This document shows, piece by piece, positions 26,246 through 37,136 of a stretch of DNA of 64,000 nucleotides (position 1 is its first letter; every line of letters starts with the position of its first letter). The stretch is from Gracilinanus agilis (taxonomy: Eukaryota): assembly GCF_016433145.1 (NCBI RefSeq), contig NC_058131.1, positions 611,962,698 to 612,026,697 of the forward strand, given 5' to 3'. Made by a program: the position numbers and the translations under genes. The notes beneath the pieces were generated by a model. That model searched no databases, had not been told where the DNA came from, and saw nothing but the letters and a program-made list of their open reading frames with translations.

Positions 26246-29200
26246 AGCAAGTACAGATTTCCATAAACAAAGGAAAGCGAGAATGTGGGTAGTGAAGGCG
26301 TCTAGGTGCAAAGTACTAAGGCAAAAATGGAGGAGAGAGCGAGATTACTTTCAGCGGAGAATCACAATAATGAAGACAGATACCTGTATCGTATGTAAGA
26401 ACACAGCTGGAAAGGTCCTTGGAGGCTGTTTAGTACAACCCTTCCATTTTACATATGAGGAAACTAAGGCCCAGAGAGGTGAAATTATTTGTCCAAGGCC
26501 ACCTTGATAATGCCAGAGGCAGGATTTAAACCCAGGTCTTTGGACTCTAGAGCCAGTGCAATTTTAGGCCAAGATTTTACCAAGCAGAGAAAGGGAAAGT
26601 GGGGTAGGGGTAGAGTCCATTCCAGCCATGGAGACAATGAGCACCTAAATTTGGCTGGACAGCAGGTTGAAGCCAGATTTTGGAGAGCCTTGAATGGCAG
26701 GCTGAGAAGTTTGGATTTTACCCTCTTGGCCATAGGAAGCTACTGAAGATTTTTTAGCAGAAGAGGAACCACAATCAGAGTGACCTAGGAGGAAGGCTGC
26801 TTGGAGAGTGACTTGAAGAAAGCTGCTAAATGGCAAGAGAATGGAGGAAGGAGACCAGAGAGGAGGCTATAAATAAAGCAGGTGAGAGGCTCCCAGAGCC
26901 TGATCCACCAAGCGGTGGGTCACTGATGGAAGAGGAGGGGATGAGCAGAAAGAGGGTGAGGAAGCAGAATTGCCCAAGTCTTTTGATAGGAAAGGGGGGA
27001 GTAGGGGAGAGGGAGGGAGATGTCATTGAGGGAGAGGAGTAAGAAGGTGACAGGGAGAGAATCTGGGCTCTGGAATTCTGAAAGCCGCCCCTCCCTCCAT
27101 GCATGCAGTGCTAGCCTAGCCTGTGCCAGCGGAAAGCATGCGGTAAGTATGCACCGCATTACATATGTATATTGGAGAGTAAATAACCCCAAAAAGTGCC
27201 TGTAAATAGACTCCGAGTTTATCCTTTATTAATGAGGCGCCAGGCGCCTGCTGTGTCAGAGCAGCGAGACTTTTGTAATATCAAAACCTAAATTACACAT
27301 CCCAGGAATGCAGGAATCGCTCCCAGCCTCTGCCTGTCCAAGCCTTCAGTCCTTTCTCTAGGCGGAGGCCAGGCTCTGAGGGGCTTAAAGGCCGGGGTGT
27401 CCTTCCCCCTCCCGCAGAAGCTTCGGTAGGTGATGGGGATGGGGCTACCATCTTCCTAAAGCTGCCAGGCTGTGGCACAGCTCATCCCCGTCCATCGTGG
27501 CCCATTAAAATGGGTTTGGAATATGGGGGAGAAGCAAAATCCTCATTCGAGGGGGCTTTGAGATCCTGAGCACCAAAGGCCAGGACTGGATTCTCTGCAA
27601 CAGCTTTTGGGCTTTTCCTTGACAGACTCTGGGATGGCTTGAGGCTCCCTCCTGCTTAGGTTGGGGACTCCTGGAAGGGGTCCGTCACTCCGGGGGGCCA
27701 GATCCTGCAGCTCCAGGGCTGGTTTGAGCTCCCACAGTGGCTCTCCATCTCTCTAGGCCTCTTCACCGCATTCTGAACTTGAGGCCAGGCTGGGTCTAAG
27801 ATGCCTTTCCTCACTGGGACCATCCCCTGGGGGGAGGAGCCGGCCTTTCCTGCCAGATCCCCAGCTTTTCTTGCCCTCCTCCCACACCAGAGCCTTCGGC
27901 AGGCTCTGGAAGGTAGCCCAGGCCAGGGGCATCATCAGCCCAAGCTGTGAGTCTTGGGAATCTGACTCGGCCCGTAGCATCCTTTCCAGGAATGAGGAGC
28001 CTGGCTCCTTTCCCGGTGCCGACTCCTGGATTGTAAGGCCCGGGCCCGGGACGCTGGACCCTTCAGAAAGGCTCCGCCATGGGTGCGGGACTCCAGGCCG
28101 GGCCGGGCTGCATCCTGGCCACGATTTACAGCCTGGCCTGGACAGGCAGCTCCCAGCGGCCCTGGCTTCGTGTTGAGTCTGTCCCATTATATGGACAGTT
28201 GAGTTTAATAGTCACTGTGTGCTCGGAGCCCCTGGTACAGAGCTGCGCGGCACGGCACGGCCCAACACCCCCTCCGTTCTTGCCACCACCCGCCCGATCC
28301 CCAGCCACCCAGCCCATCCACACAGTAAATTAAAAATATGAATCACGTCTCCCCGCTGCCTCCCCAAACGCTCGTCTTGTCAGCCTCTGTGTTCTCTTCA
28401 TTTGTATTACCTTAATTTAATGTTAATTATGGTCTTCATTTACAAGGAACAAGCAACCCGAGCCAACTCCCCTCCCGCCAGGGACCCTCCCTAGCTCCTG
28501 CCCACCCCCCAGCCCCCACCTCTCCCCTCTCCTGCCAGGTGCCCGGCCCACCTCCAGCCCCCATTCCCAAAGGAACCAAGCCTGGAGGAGCGGCGTGAAG
28601 GGGAGACACTGAGAGAGGGAAGGGAAACGGTTTGGAGTTTGGGGGGCCTGGGCAAGGGAGGCCAGGAGGTTCGGTCCCAAAGTTTCCCTATGAAGAGTGA
28701 GTCAGTGACATAAGGAGGCCATGGCCTCACTCAGAGGCGCCAGCTCATTCCCAGCCACTTCCGCCCTCTCCGCTCCAAAATGGAGCCTCCACCAAAAGGA
28801 CTTTGAAGGCCATCATGAGGGCTGTCTTTCGGCGAGTTGGCTCTTCCCCTTTACCCAGGGATCCCTCTGCTCTCTGAGAAGGCACTTTCTTGGTGTCCTG
28901 CCTAAACTCTTCCTGCTCTAGGACATTCCAGCGGCTGCTGAGCCCACAGAAAGGACCCCAGTGACTGCCACTTGCCTCCTGGGCAGGGCTGGGAGGACAG
29001 GACCCAAAGGCTACTTTCTCTCCCCCAGCACACATCCCCTTGACCTCCACACTACTATGGGACTAGACACAATGCTTGGCCCACTCCCTTCACAACAGCC
29101 TCCAGGGGTGACCCTTGAAGGGGGAGGGGGTGGCCTCTGGTCCCAGACTTAGCCCCTGCCCCACCTCCTCCCCCGAACTCTCAGAAACCAAAAGGCCCTT

Positions 29201-29538
29201 TCCAGGCGCTCAGAGAGCTTTAAAACCCTGATGTGTGGCGGCCTCCGAGAACATGATTGTCCCACTTTGCCTTAGGGAAACACACCCACACCCAGTGACC
29301 GACTTAGACTAGGAGCTGGCTCAGTGAATGCTGATCACACAAGTCTGGGTCACCTGCACTCACAGGGACATTAATGACAGACGCCTCCATCTCCCCACCT
29401 GTGTGTGTGTGGGGGGGGGGGGGGCGGGTGAATGGGAGAGACAGATAGAAACAGAGACAGAGCCAGAGAGCCGGGACCAGAGAGGCAGAGGGGGAGAGAG
29501 GAAAAGAAGAGGAGAGGAGAGAGCAAGGAGAGAAAGAG

Positions 29539-29544
<6 letters not shown>

Positions 29545-29577
<33 letters not shown>
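29545..29577. repeat. (AG)n microsatellite abutting assembly gap
   Basis: Read directly. Confidence 0.9.
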
Positions 29578-29914
29578 NNNNNNNNNNNNNNNNNNNNNNN
29601 NNNNNNNNNNNNNNNNNNNNNNNNNNNNNNNNNNNNNNNNNNNNNNNNNNNNNNNNNNNNNNNNNNNNNNNNNNNNNNNNNNNNNNNNNNNNNNNNNNNN
29701 NNNNNNNNNNNNNNNNNNNNNNNNNNNNNNNNNNNNNNNNNNNNNNNNNNNNNNNNNNNNNNNNNNNNNNNNNNNNNNNNNNNNNNNNNNNNNNNNNNNN
29801 NNNNNNNNNNNNNNNNNNNNNNNNNNNNNNNNNNNNNNNNNNNNNNNNNNNNNNNNNNNNNNNNNNNNNNNNNNNNNNNNNNNNNNNNNNNNNNNNNNNN
29901 NNNNNNNNNNNNNN
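29578..29914. other. Assembly gap (337 N)
   Basis: Run of N. Confidence 1.
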
Positions 29915-30584
29915 ACAGATGGCTGGGGGGGGAGGGCTTGGTGGGGGGACATAGAGGGAGACAGGAAGACAGACTGAGAGAGGGAGGGGAGAGACAGAGA
30001 AGAAACAAAAACAGCAATGGCGGGGGGGGGGGAGCCCGAGTAACACTCATTTGTGCACGCAAACACACATAAACGTTTCCACACATGAACATGCTGACCT
30101 CCTCCCACCCACCCCCTGTTCAGGGGGAGGAGTCTGTGTAAGAGCCACACCCTTTGTCCCCCCACCCCACTGGAATGAGTGTTCGGCTGCCTCTTGGCAG
30201 GGGAAGTGGTCCCGGAAGGGAGGGAGCTCTAAAGGTAGGGGCAGGAGGCATTGGGGTGCAGCCCTGGACTCCCAACAAACCCTGGTTTGCCCCCCCCCCC
30301 CCGTAGGGGTGGGGGGAGTTCTCTCGGGGCCACCCCAATCCAGCTCCCAAAACTCAGAATCCTCTAATCTGACGTCCTTCTCCTGCCTCAAGAACATGGC
30401 TGTCCGTGGCTCCAGGGGCCCACTGTTCCCAGAAGGGGTCTGGGTGACCGTCCCAGAAAACCCCGGCTACTCCAGGGCTAAAATCTGAGGCAGGGCTGAA
30501 GATGCCAAAGGAAGAAGAAATCTGCCCCTCCTCCCCCAATAGGTGGCTCTAACTAAAGGCTGAGGGGCGCTGGGGGGCTCCTCC

Positions 30585-30790
30585 AACCCACCTGGTTAAT
30601 GGACAACAGCCAGGCTCCCCCTCCCAGCCACCCCCATTCTGTAGTGCTATTGACCTGTCATTAGTTATCCCATATCCAAGGTCACCAGGGCTGGTCCAGC
30701 CATAAATCACCTGCCGTGGGGTGGGGGGCTGAGAGTGAAGGTGACAGGCACAGGAGAGCTTCAGGGATATTGGCCAGGACCACTGGCCTT
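30585..30790. promoter_or_regulatory. Candidate PBX-HOX/MEIS enhancer
   Basis: CCATAAATCA (30700-30709), CTGTCA (30655-30660), CCAAGGTCA (30676-30684). Confidence 0.5.
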
Positions 30791-31635
30791 GCCTGGAAGA
30801 GAGGGGGCAGGGGGCCCTCATCGGCAGAGTGGGAGCCCAAAGCAGCTCTCCCCAACCCCCATCTCCTTTGCTCTTTCCTCTACCTCCCTTTCTTCTCTCT
30901 TCCTTCCTTGTCCCTCTATCCACCATCTGAAGCTAGCCTAGGTTGGCGACCCATCAGTAAACGTGTTTTGCCTGAAGGAGAGGAAGAGGCAGAAAGGGGA
31001 AGGGCCTGGCTACAGTGGTCAAGCTCACCTTGATCCCTGAGCATTGAGAAATGGGGACTATTCCTAGACACAAAAGGGGAAACTGAGGCTAAAAGCCTGG
31101 GGTGGCCCTTCATAATCTCTGGCTCCTCTCCCTTTGTAGCCCCTCTTTCTTTAGTGTCCTCACACTGGGGGAGGAAAGCAGAGCTGGGACAGACGCTCCT
31201 CCTCCATCTAAGCCTCTTTCCCCAGGTCAGGAAGGAGAGGGGGGCCTCACTGCAGTTCAGAGGTGGAGAGGGGCCAGAACACCTCTCCTGCCAGGAGGGA
31301 GAAAGTCAACCCCACCCTAGGCAGGAACTCGCTACCCCAGCTCAGAGGCACAAGCCGGTGTCTTCTTCGGTCCTCGGGTTCCCTCTGCTGGCCTTTCCCT
31401 GAGATGCAACTGCCCTTCCCTGCTCCCCAAACCCAGTTTCCCTCCCCAAGAAGCCACCAATGAGCGCACCCTGACCCTGGGTCACGTTGTGGCCTTGCCC
31501 CTCCAGCCATGCCCACACAGACCCCACTTTCCTGTCCAATACCTGCTTGGACCAGGGGCAGGAGTGACGGCCGATATTTCTGCTCTTTCATAAATCCAGG
31601 CCTGAGAAGGAGAGGCCCAGCTTCTTCAATGGGAA

Positions 31636-31641
31636 TTTATT
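31636..31641 (-). terminator. AATAAA polyA signal of the unnamed gene
   Basis: TTTATT on + strand, about 127 nt downstream of the predicted stop. Confidence 0.65.
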
Positions 31642-31767
31642 TTCCAAATAAAAACAGCACCACGGTGGCCCCAGAACCATTCCCTTCTCTTCAGGAAAGC
31701 TCTGGTGCCCTGCCTTCCCCTGGCACTTGTGTGAGAAGGTGAGGAGATGCCAGCCCAGCCATGTACC

Positions 31768-31947
31768 TTAGAGGGGGGTGAGGAACCCTCTCCCCCAAGT
31801 TCTTAGAGCAAGGAACCCAGGAGCTTGACCCTGAGGCCAGGAAGCCTGGGCTGGTGGGCTCAGAATGGGAATAAGGAAGTTGTGGCCAGCAAGTCCCTGA
31901 GCAAAGCCCCGAGAATGACTGGAGTTCTCCCCTTGTGTAAGGCAGAT
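31768..31947 (-). CDS. Unnamed gene, last coding exon with subdomain XI-like RGFAQGLAGHNFL and TAA stop
   Basis: Acceptor CTTCTGTCCTCTTCCAG|; 59 aa then TAA at 31770-31768; pattern R-x2-A-x2-L-x2-H-x-F-L. Confidence 0.72.
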   Translation of the reverse strand: MCLTQGENSSHSRGFAQGLAGHNFLIPILSPPAQASWPQGQAPGFLALRTWGRGFLTPL

Positions 31948-32058
31948 CTGGAAGAGGACAGAAGCTGTCCCTGGGCATGCCTGGAATCAGGATGCTTAGG
32001 TCCCACAGAAGTTGGAGGCAGCCCCAGGCCAGCTGGGGTGACCCGAGAGTCTCCCTAC

Positions 32059-32104
32059 CTCAGCATCCCCTTCTGTGAAGAACAGTCTGAGGAGGCAGCT
32101 CTGA
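32059..32104 (-). CDS. Unnamed gene, short exon (Q)SCLLRLFFTEGDAE
   Basis: Branch point CCCTAAC, alternative acceptors at 32105/32101, donor GAG|GTAGGG, phase 0 into last exon. Confidence 0.6.
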
Positions 32105-32255
32105 CTAAGAGGTTAGGGTGCTTTGGTGCTCTAAAGTGCTGTGTTTTGATGTTCCCTGAGGTCTGGTCTTTGTTCACAGGGTACAAACATTCAGAGAAGA
32201 CATCCTGGCCTCATCCAGATGCTCCTCACGATCCCCAAGGTCCTCCTCCAGCCAC

Positions 32256-32454
32256 CTCCACATTCGCTCCAGCAAGGCCTCTGTGGCTGGAGTGTCCTCC
32301 TGTCCCAGGGAGAAGAGGTCACCTCTGTGGAGACTGCTGGTCTCTAGCTCTTACCAAGGCCACAACTCAGCCCCTTTCCCCTTCCCCCTAGGAGAGCTGG
32401 GTCCTCTCCTCTTGTGCCTCACTGCCAGTGCCCCCAGGGAGGCTGGGGAACTGC
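32256..32454 (-). CDS. Unnamed gene, unresolved region; one frame-preserving reading uses exons 32454-32423 (AVPQPPWGHW) and 32324-32256 (GDLFSLG...LLERMW)
   Basis: GDLFSLG resembles the DxWSLG alphaF motif; splice sites are weaker and alternatives exist. Confidence 0.4.
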
Positions 32455-32597
32455 CTGGGGAAATGAAGGGCCCGAGGTGCCCACGGTCACACAACTAGCA
32501 TGTGGCACTGGCCAGATGTGAGGGCAGGTCTCCAATGCTAAGGCCTTTCCTGAGGGCCTGGAGGGGAGAGGAGGGTGAGGGAAAGGCTAACAGGTAC

Positions 32598-32699
32598 CTG
32601 TGGTGTGTTCCATACCAGCTGGAGGGCATTTCTCAAAGTCTTTCTAAAGACATAAGGTCCTTCGTTGCTGCTGAGTCCACTGGGGTCAAAACGGATTCC
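32598..32699 (-). CDS. Unnamed gene, subdomain VII-like exon (GIRFDPSGLSSNEGPYVFRKTLRNALQLVWNTPQ)
   Basis: Acceptor CCCCTCAACAG|; phase-0 donors at 32616 (CTG|GTATGG) or 32598 (CAG|GTACCT). Confidence 0.78.
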
Positions 32700-32853
32700 C
32701 TGTTGAGGGGGAGGGGAGTGGGAACAGCTCAGAAATCAGGCAGGGGTCTCCTGTAGCTCCCCTTCTTCATGGCCAACTGGATCTCCCTCCCCAAAACCAG
32801 GGTTCAAGAGACAGGGATAGAGAGACAGGGAGGACTCCAGGAAGCAGCGATAC

Positions 32854-32990
32854 CTGGTGGGTATGAAGCAGGGCTGAGTTCACTTCCTCCAGCTGCAGGC
32901 CTTGGTGTTGGCAGAACTGTAGGAACCTCAGGACCTCCAGGAGGCACTTCAGTCTGTCCAGCTGCTGAGCTGCTGGCGGCCACCCCACAG
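32854..32990 (-). CDS. Unnamed gene, kinase-like subdomain VI exon
   Basis: CCCCAG| acceptor, CAG|GTATCG donor; 137 nt phase 1-0; TVGWPPAAQQLDRLKCLLEVLRFLQFCQHQGLQLEEVNSALLHTHQ. Confidence 0.85.
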
Positions 32991-33282
32991 CTGGGGCGCA
33001 GGAGACAAAGCTGACCAAGGGCAAAGGAAGCCCCAGTTTCCTCCCATTCTCAGTCTGAACAACCCAAGAGTCCCCCCAAAAGTGGCTCATCTGAGCCCAG
33101 CTTTCAACGTGTATGCGCTTGTTCAGAGAGACACCCCTCCTAAAACTGTCCCACTTTCCAAGTCCATTGGAGAGTTATGGAAGGAACAGGCCTCAACTTA
33201 TCAAAGTGGCTTTCTTATCTGCCAGCCAGGGCAGAAACAGTAGGGAAAGCCTTGGCTCTGGAGTCAGAAGGTATAGTTGGGG

Positions 33283-33480
33283 GGCAGCTGGGTAGCCCAG
33301 AAGATGGAGTGCCAGGACTGGACATGGGTTGGGAGGTCCTGGGTTCAAAGTTGGCCTTAGATGCTTCCTAGCTGTGTGACCCTGGGCAAGTCACTTAACC
33401 CTGTTTGCCTAGCCCTTGCTGCCCTTCTGTCTTAAAGTTGTTACAAAGACAGAAAGTAAGGGTTTCAAACATAAATCAAA
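33283..33480 (+). mobile_element. Marsupial CORE-SINE in intron of unnamed gene
   Basis: Head GGGGCAGCTGGGTAG, core, AAAGACAGAAAGTAAGGG tail. Confidence 0.82.
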
Positions 33481-33895
33481 AAAGAAGACAAATTTGAGTT
33501 CCAGTTCTGCTCTCTCCTCATCTAGGGAGCTGGAAGGAGTCTCCCTGCCTTCAGTGAGCCTCATTTAGTATATGGGAATTATTAGTTCCTCCATCAGTTG
33601 GCTGTGAGGACTGAATGAAACACAAAGTGTATACCTATGAGTACCTACAAACATTTGTCAAACACCCAATGGGCTCTTATTTCTACTATTATTTGGGGGT
33701 CATAATGGGGGTGACTTGCCCAGGGTCACACAGCCAGGCAGTGTCTGGGTTCATATTTGAACCCAGGACCTCCTATCTCTAGACCTGGCTCTCTAACCAC
33801 TGAGCCACCTCACTGCCCCCTTTACTATTATTCTTAAATTGAAACTGAGACCCATAGAGGTCAAAGGACTTGCCCAGGGCCACACAGAGACAAAG

Positions 33896-33957
33896 CTAAA
33901 GACATAAGAAGGTCTTTTGTTGCTGCTGAGTCCACTGGGGTCAAAACAGATTCCCTG
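33896..33957 (-). pseudogene. Decayed intronic copy of the 5' part of exon 32699-32598
   Basis: 56/59 identical to 32644-32702 plus a 3-nt insertion; reads GICFDPSGLSSNKRPSYVF. Confidence 0.85.
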
Positions 33958-34264
33958 ATGGGGCCACGAGGTAGCCCAGTGGATAGAGCACACCAGACCT
34001 GGAGCTTGGAGAACCTGGGTTCAAATGTGACCTCAGACATTTCCTACAAAAACTTTTCTGCTGGGAGAGGTGGGTGGAAACAGAGCTCAGGGATGGGGAG
34101 GAAAGAGAGGGGGAGAAGCTGCTCACATCTCCCCTTCTTCCTAGCCTAAGGACCAGAGTCAAAGCCATTACTAAAACCCAGAACCCTTGACTGCCAGTCC
34201 CAATGTTCCTATACCAGATTTTCCCAAAGGTCCCCTGTCTAAAACTGAAACTAAAAAACAAGCA

Positions 34265-34455
34265 AGGAGCAGCAGGGTGGCTCAGGGGATTGAGAGCCAA
34301 GCCTAGAAGATGGGAGGTACTGGGTTCAATTCTGGCCTCGGACACTTCCTAGCTGGGTGACCCTGAGCAAGTCACTCAACCTCCACAGCCCAGCCTTAAT
34401 GCTTTAGACCCAGTATGGAGTCTAAGACAGAAGGTAAGGGTTTAAAAACAAAAAC
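34265..34455 (+). mobile_element. Marsupial CORE-SINE
   Basis: Core and AGACAGAAGGTAAGGGTTTAAAAA tail. Confidence 0.82.
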
Positions 34456-34882
34456 AAGCCTGTTTCTCTGGAAAGGAGGAGAAAACTGAGAAGAGAGCAG
34501 GCATCCCTGAACTCTCTTCAGGCTTCCCAGCTTTGTATGCTCAGCTCCTGCTAGATTTGCCATCCTAATATTCTAGAAAGGGGCCCGGGGTTAGGGAAGA
34601 GAGACAGTTACAGGATGGAGGGTCAAGAGGGCCCCCCCCCAAGCCCTTGTGTGATAGCCCCAGGGGCCAATTGTGTGCTGGCACCCAAGAGCCCTCCATG
34701 TTCTCAAAGCCAAAGCCTCTGAGCTAGGGACGGGGAGGGGAGGCCTCAATGGTCCTGAGACTCCTCCTGTGGCCCCTCGGTGAGCTCAGAAAGCACCTGG
34801 GGATCCTTCCCCACCCCCATCCCCCAAGCATCTCAGGACTACAGCGTAGGGGCTCTGCCTCCTCCCCAAGCCTCCCCCTTAC

Positions 34883-35024
34883 TTAGAACTCCAGGGTCCT
34901 CCATAAGGTAGAGCAGGGAGCCCTGTCGGTCATAGAGAACAACGTAGGGCACCAGCAGCCCCGGCCCGGGGGGGAGGAAGAGAAAGTGATGGAGCATCTT
35001 CTGCCAGTCCGAGACCACGGGCAC
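34883..35024 (-). CDS. Unnamed gene, kinase-like subdomains III-V exon
   Basis: CTCCCCAG| acceptor, CTAA|GTAAGG donor; 142 nt phase 0-1; VPVVSDWQKMLHHFLFLPPGPGLLVPYVVLYDRQGSLLYLMEDPGVL. Confidence 0.85.
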
Positions 35025-35239
35025 CTGGGGAGATCGAGAGGAGCCCAGAGGGGCTGGGGGGGGGGTCACGAGGAAAGACCCCGGGCTGCCATTCCTGGGG
35101 CGGGATCCCAGAAAGACGCCGGGGTCGGAGAGAGAACTGGGGCATGGGAGAGAAACTTCCCCAAGCCTTTTCGGGGCAGCAGGGGGCCCCGGATTGCTCT
35201 GCCCCAGGCAGGCGCGGAGGGGCAGGAGCCTCCGGCTTG

Positions 35240-35950
35240 GAACTTTAATCACCCACCAGCCCCACCGGCCACTCCAAGGCTAACCATAAACGCTGCCCAC
35301 CCCCTGCACCTCCTCCTCCCCCAGGTGTGGGGGCCGGGGGCCGGCTAGAGTCTGCCGACTCTAACCTGCCGCCTCCTCCCCCTGCTCTGGGTAAGCAGTC
35401 AGTCAGGGCCGCATTCCCGGGGGGCGGGGCTAGAGAGGGAGGGAGGGGAGCGGTGGGAGGAGGGAGGGGCCGGCCATGCTCTCCACTCACCCCCACCCCC
35501 ACCCCCGCCCCAACTCCTCCTCCCTCCCTAGCGCCGGTGCGAGGAGGAAAATGAATGAGAATTTATCATGATTAGGCAAATCCGGCAGGGGCGCGATTCC
35601 GGGGGAGGCTAAAAAGATGAATTTCAGCGATAAAGTTAAATAAGGACGGAGCGCCCCCCCCCTCCCCTTCCCCCTCCGCTGATCTCTCTTCCCACAATTT
35701 ATGAGCCGATTAGGCGGAGGCTGCAAGTTCCTGCAACTTCGCTAAGCGGCCCCGCTGTTCCCAGCAAATTAATTAACCGCGGGCTGCGCTTGGCAAAGGA
35801 AAGGAGGAGCCGGAGCCGCAGCCTCTGCCCACCCCCTCGGGCACCACCTCGCCCCACAGCTCCGAGCCTCCGGGCATTATTGTAGCACCTGACCCCCAGG
35901 GGGTGACCTCGTCCCGGCCAGGACCTCGGGGACATACACACACTGACGCG
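35240..35950. promoter_or_regulatory. Intronic orphan CpG island with homeobox-motif blocks
   Basis: High CpG density; AATTTATCATGATTA, CAATTTATGAG, AAATTAATTAACC. Confidence 0.6.
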
Positions 35951-36734
35951 TTTCAAAAGCGTGCACGGGGCAGCGAGGTGGCTCAGGGAAAGGAAAGCCA
36001 GGCCTGGGGACAGGGGGTCCTGGGTTCAAATGCGATCTCAGACAAGTCCTGGCTGGGTGACTCTGGCCAAGTCACTTAACCCCCCATTGCCAAGCCCTCT
36101 TCTGCCTTGGAACCAAGACCTAGTATTCACTCAAAGTCGGAAAGTAAAGTCTGTTGAAATCCCAAACCCAACGCGTTACTAAATGCCGTAGCTGGCAGGG
36201 CTGCAGAGAGCATCCAGTCCTACAGTCTCATTTCTCCGGGGAGTCTGAGCTCCCGCCTTGTGCAGTCGGGCTTCTGAGCTCATCCCTCCACTCAAATGCC
36301 TCTCTTAGAAGGTGCCAGGGATCACTGAACCCAGATTTGACGACTTTCGCTCAGCCTTCAGGCGCATTTGGCCACCTTCCCCCTCCTCCCTGTGGGGCTG
36401 CTCCTTCTGTCTCCGGGAGGGATTTCCAACCATGTCCGGCTCACAATAAAGCCCTCTTTCCCCTCCACACTCTCCCTTGGTGACTGCCTCAGCTCCCAGG
36501 GGCTAATTATCATCGATATGAAGATGACTGACTCCCAGTGGCCCATCCAGTGGCCTCTGGACATTTCCACCTGCTGCTCCATTGGTACCTCGGAATCCAC
36601 GAGTCCAAAACAGATTTAACTAGTGCTCTGCATCTAACAAATGTTTGTTGACTGACCCACCTGGCGTGGTTGTCATACCCAAAGCGTCTCTAACAAACAT
36701 ACATATACATGCATGTGTCTACATACATGGGCAC

Positions 36735-36980
36735 CTACGTGGCACAGTGGATAGAGCCCTAGGGCTGGAGTCTGAAAAGCTCATCTTCCTGAGGTCAAAT
36801 CTGGCCTTAGACCCTTACTACCTGTGTGACTCTGGGCAAGTCACTGAACTATTTGCCTCAGTTTCCTCATCAGTCAAGTGACTGAGAGAAGGAAATGGCC
36901 ACTACTCCAATGTCTTTGCCAAGAGAACCCCAAATGGGGTGATGAAGAGTCAGACAGGATTGGAACCACCAAACAATAAC
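36735..36980 (+). mobile_element. MAR1-like SINE
   Basis: GGCACAGTGGATAGAGCCC head, core, GAGAAGGAAATGGCC tail. Confidence 0.82.
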
Positions 36981-37136
36981 AACAACCAGGACCACTTTCC
37001 CAGCCTCTTAATCCCCCTGCCAGCAGGCCATGGGAAGTCTCCCTGCCTGCCATTGGAGTCAGTAGGCTGTATGGCTATAAAGGAGGCTTTATAAGGGAGT
37101 TACGGGCCTGATGGGTCCTCAGACCCATCTTCTTAC

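Noticed and set aside
27138-27159. 7-bp inverted repeat ATGCGGT/ACCGCAT
   Set aside because: Tens of such repeats are expected by chance in 64 kb.
27753-28187. 144-aa and overlapping ORFs in the CpG-rich block
   Set aside because: Low-complexity, open on both strands, no consistent splice sites or homology seen.
29304-30165. Five long ORFs (181-264 aa) in the track
   Set aside because: They are open only because they span the N gap and AG microsatellite.
31825-32391. 188-aa plus-strand ORF
   Set aside because: Antisense shadow of the new gene's GC-rich exons; no recognisable features, non-ATG start.
33025-33055. Intronic ENGRKLG in frame with exon 32990, echoing RNGRKLG of exon 37289
   Set aside because: Nucleotide identity is low and the sequence resembles the common MIR GAGGAAACTG motif; likely coincidence.
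35581-35600. CCGGCAGGGGCGCG as a CTCF site
   Set aside because: One G short in the conserved core.
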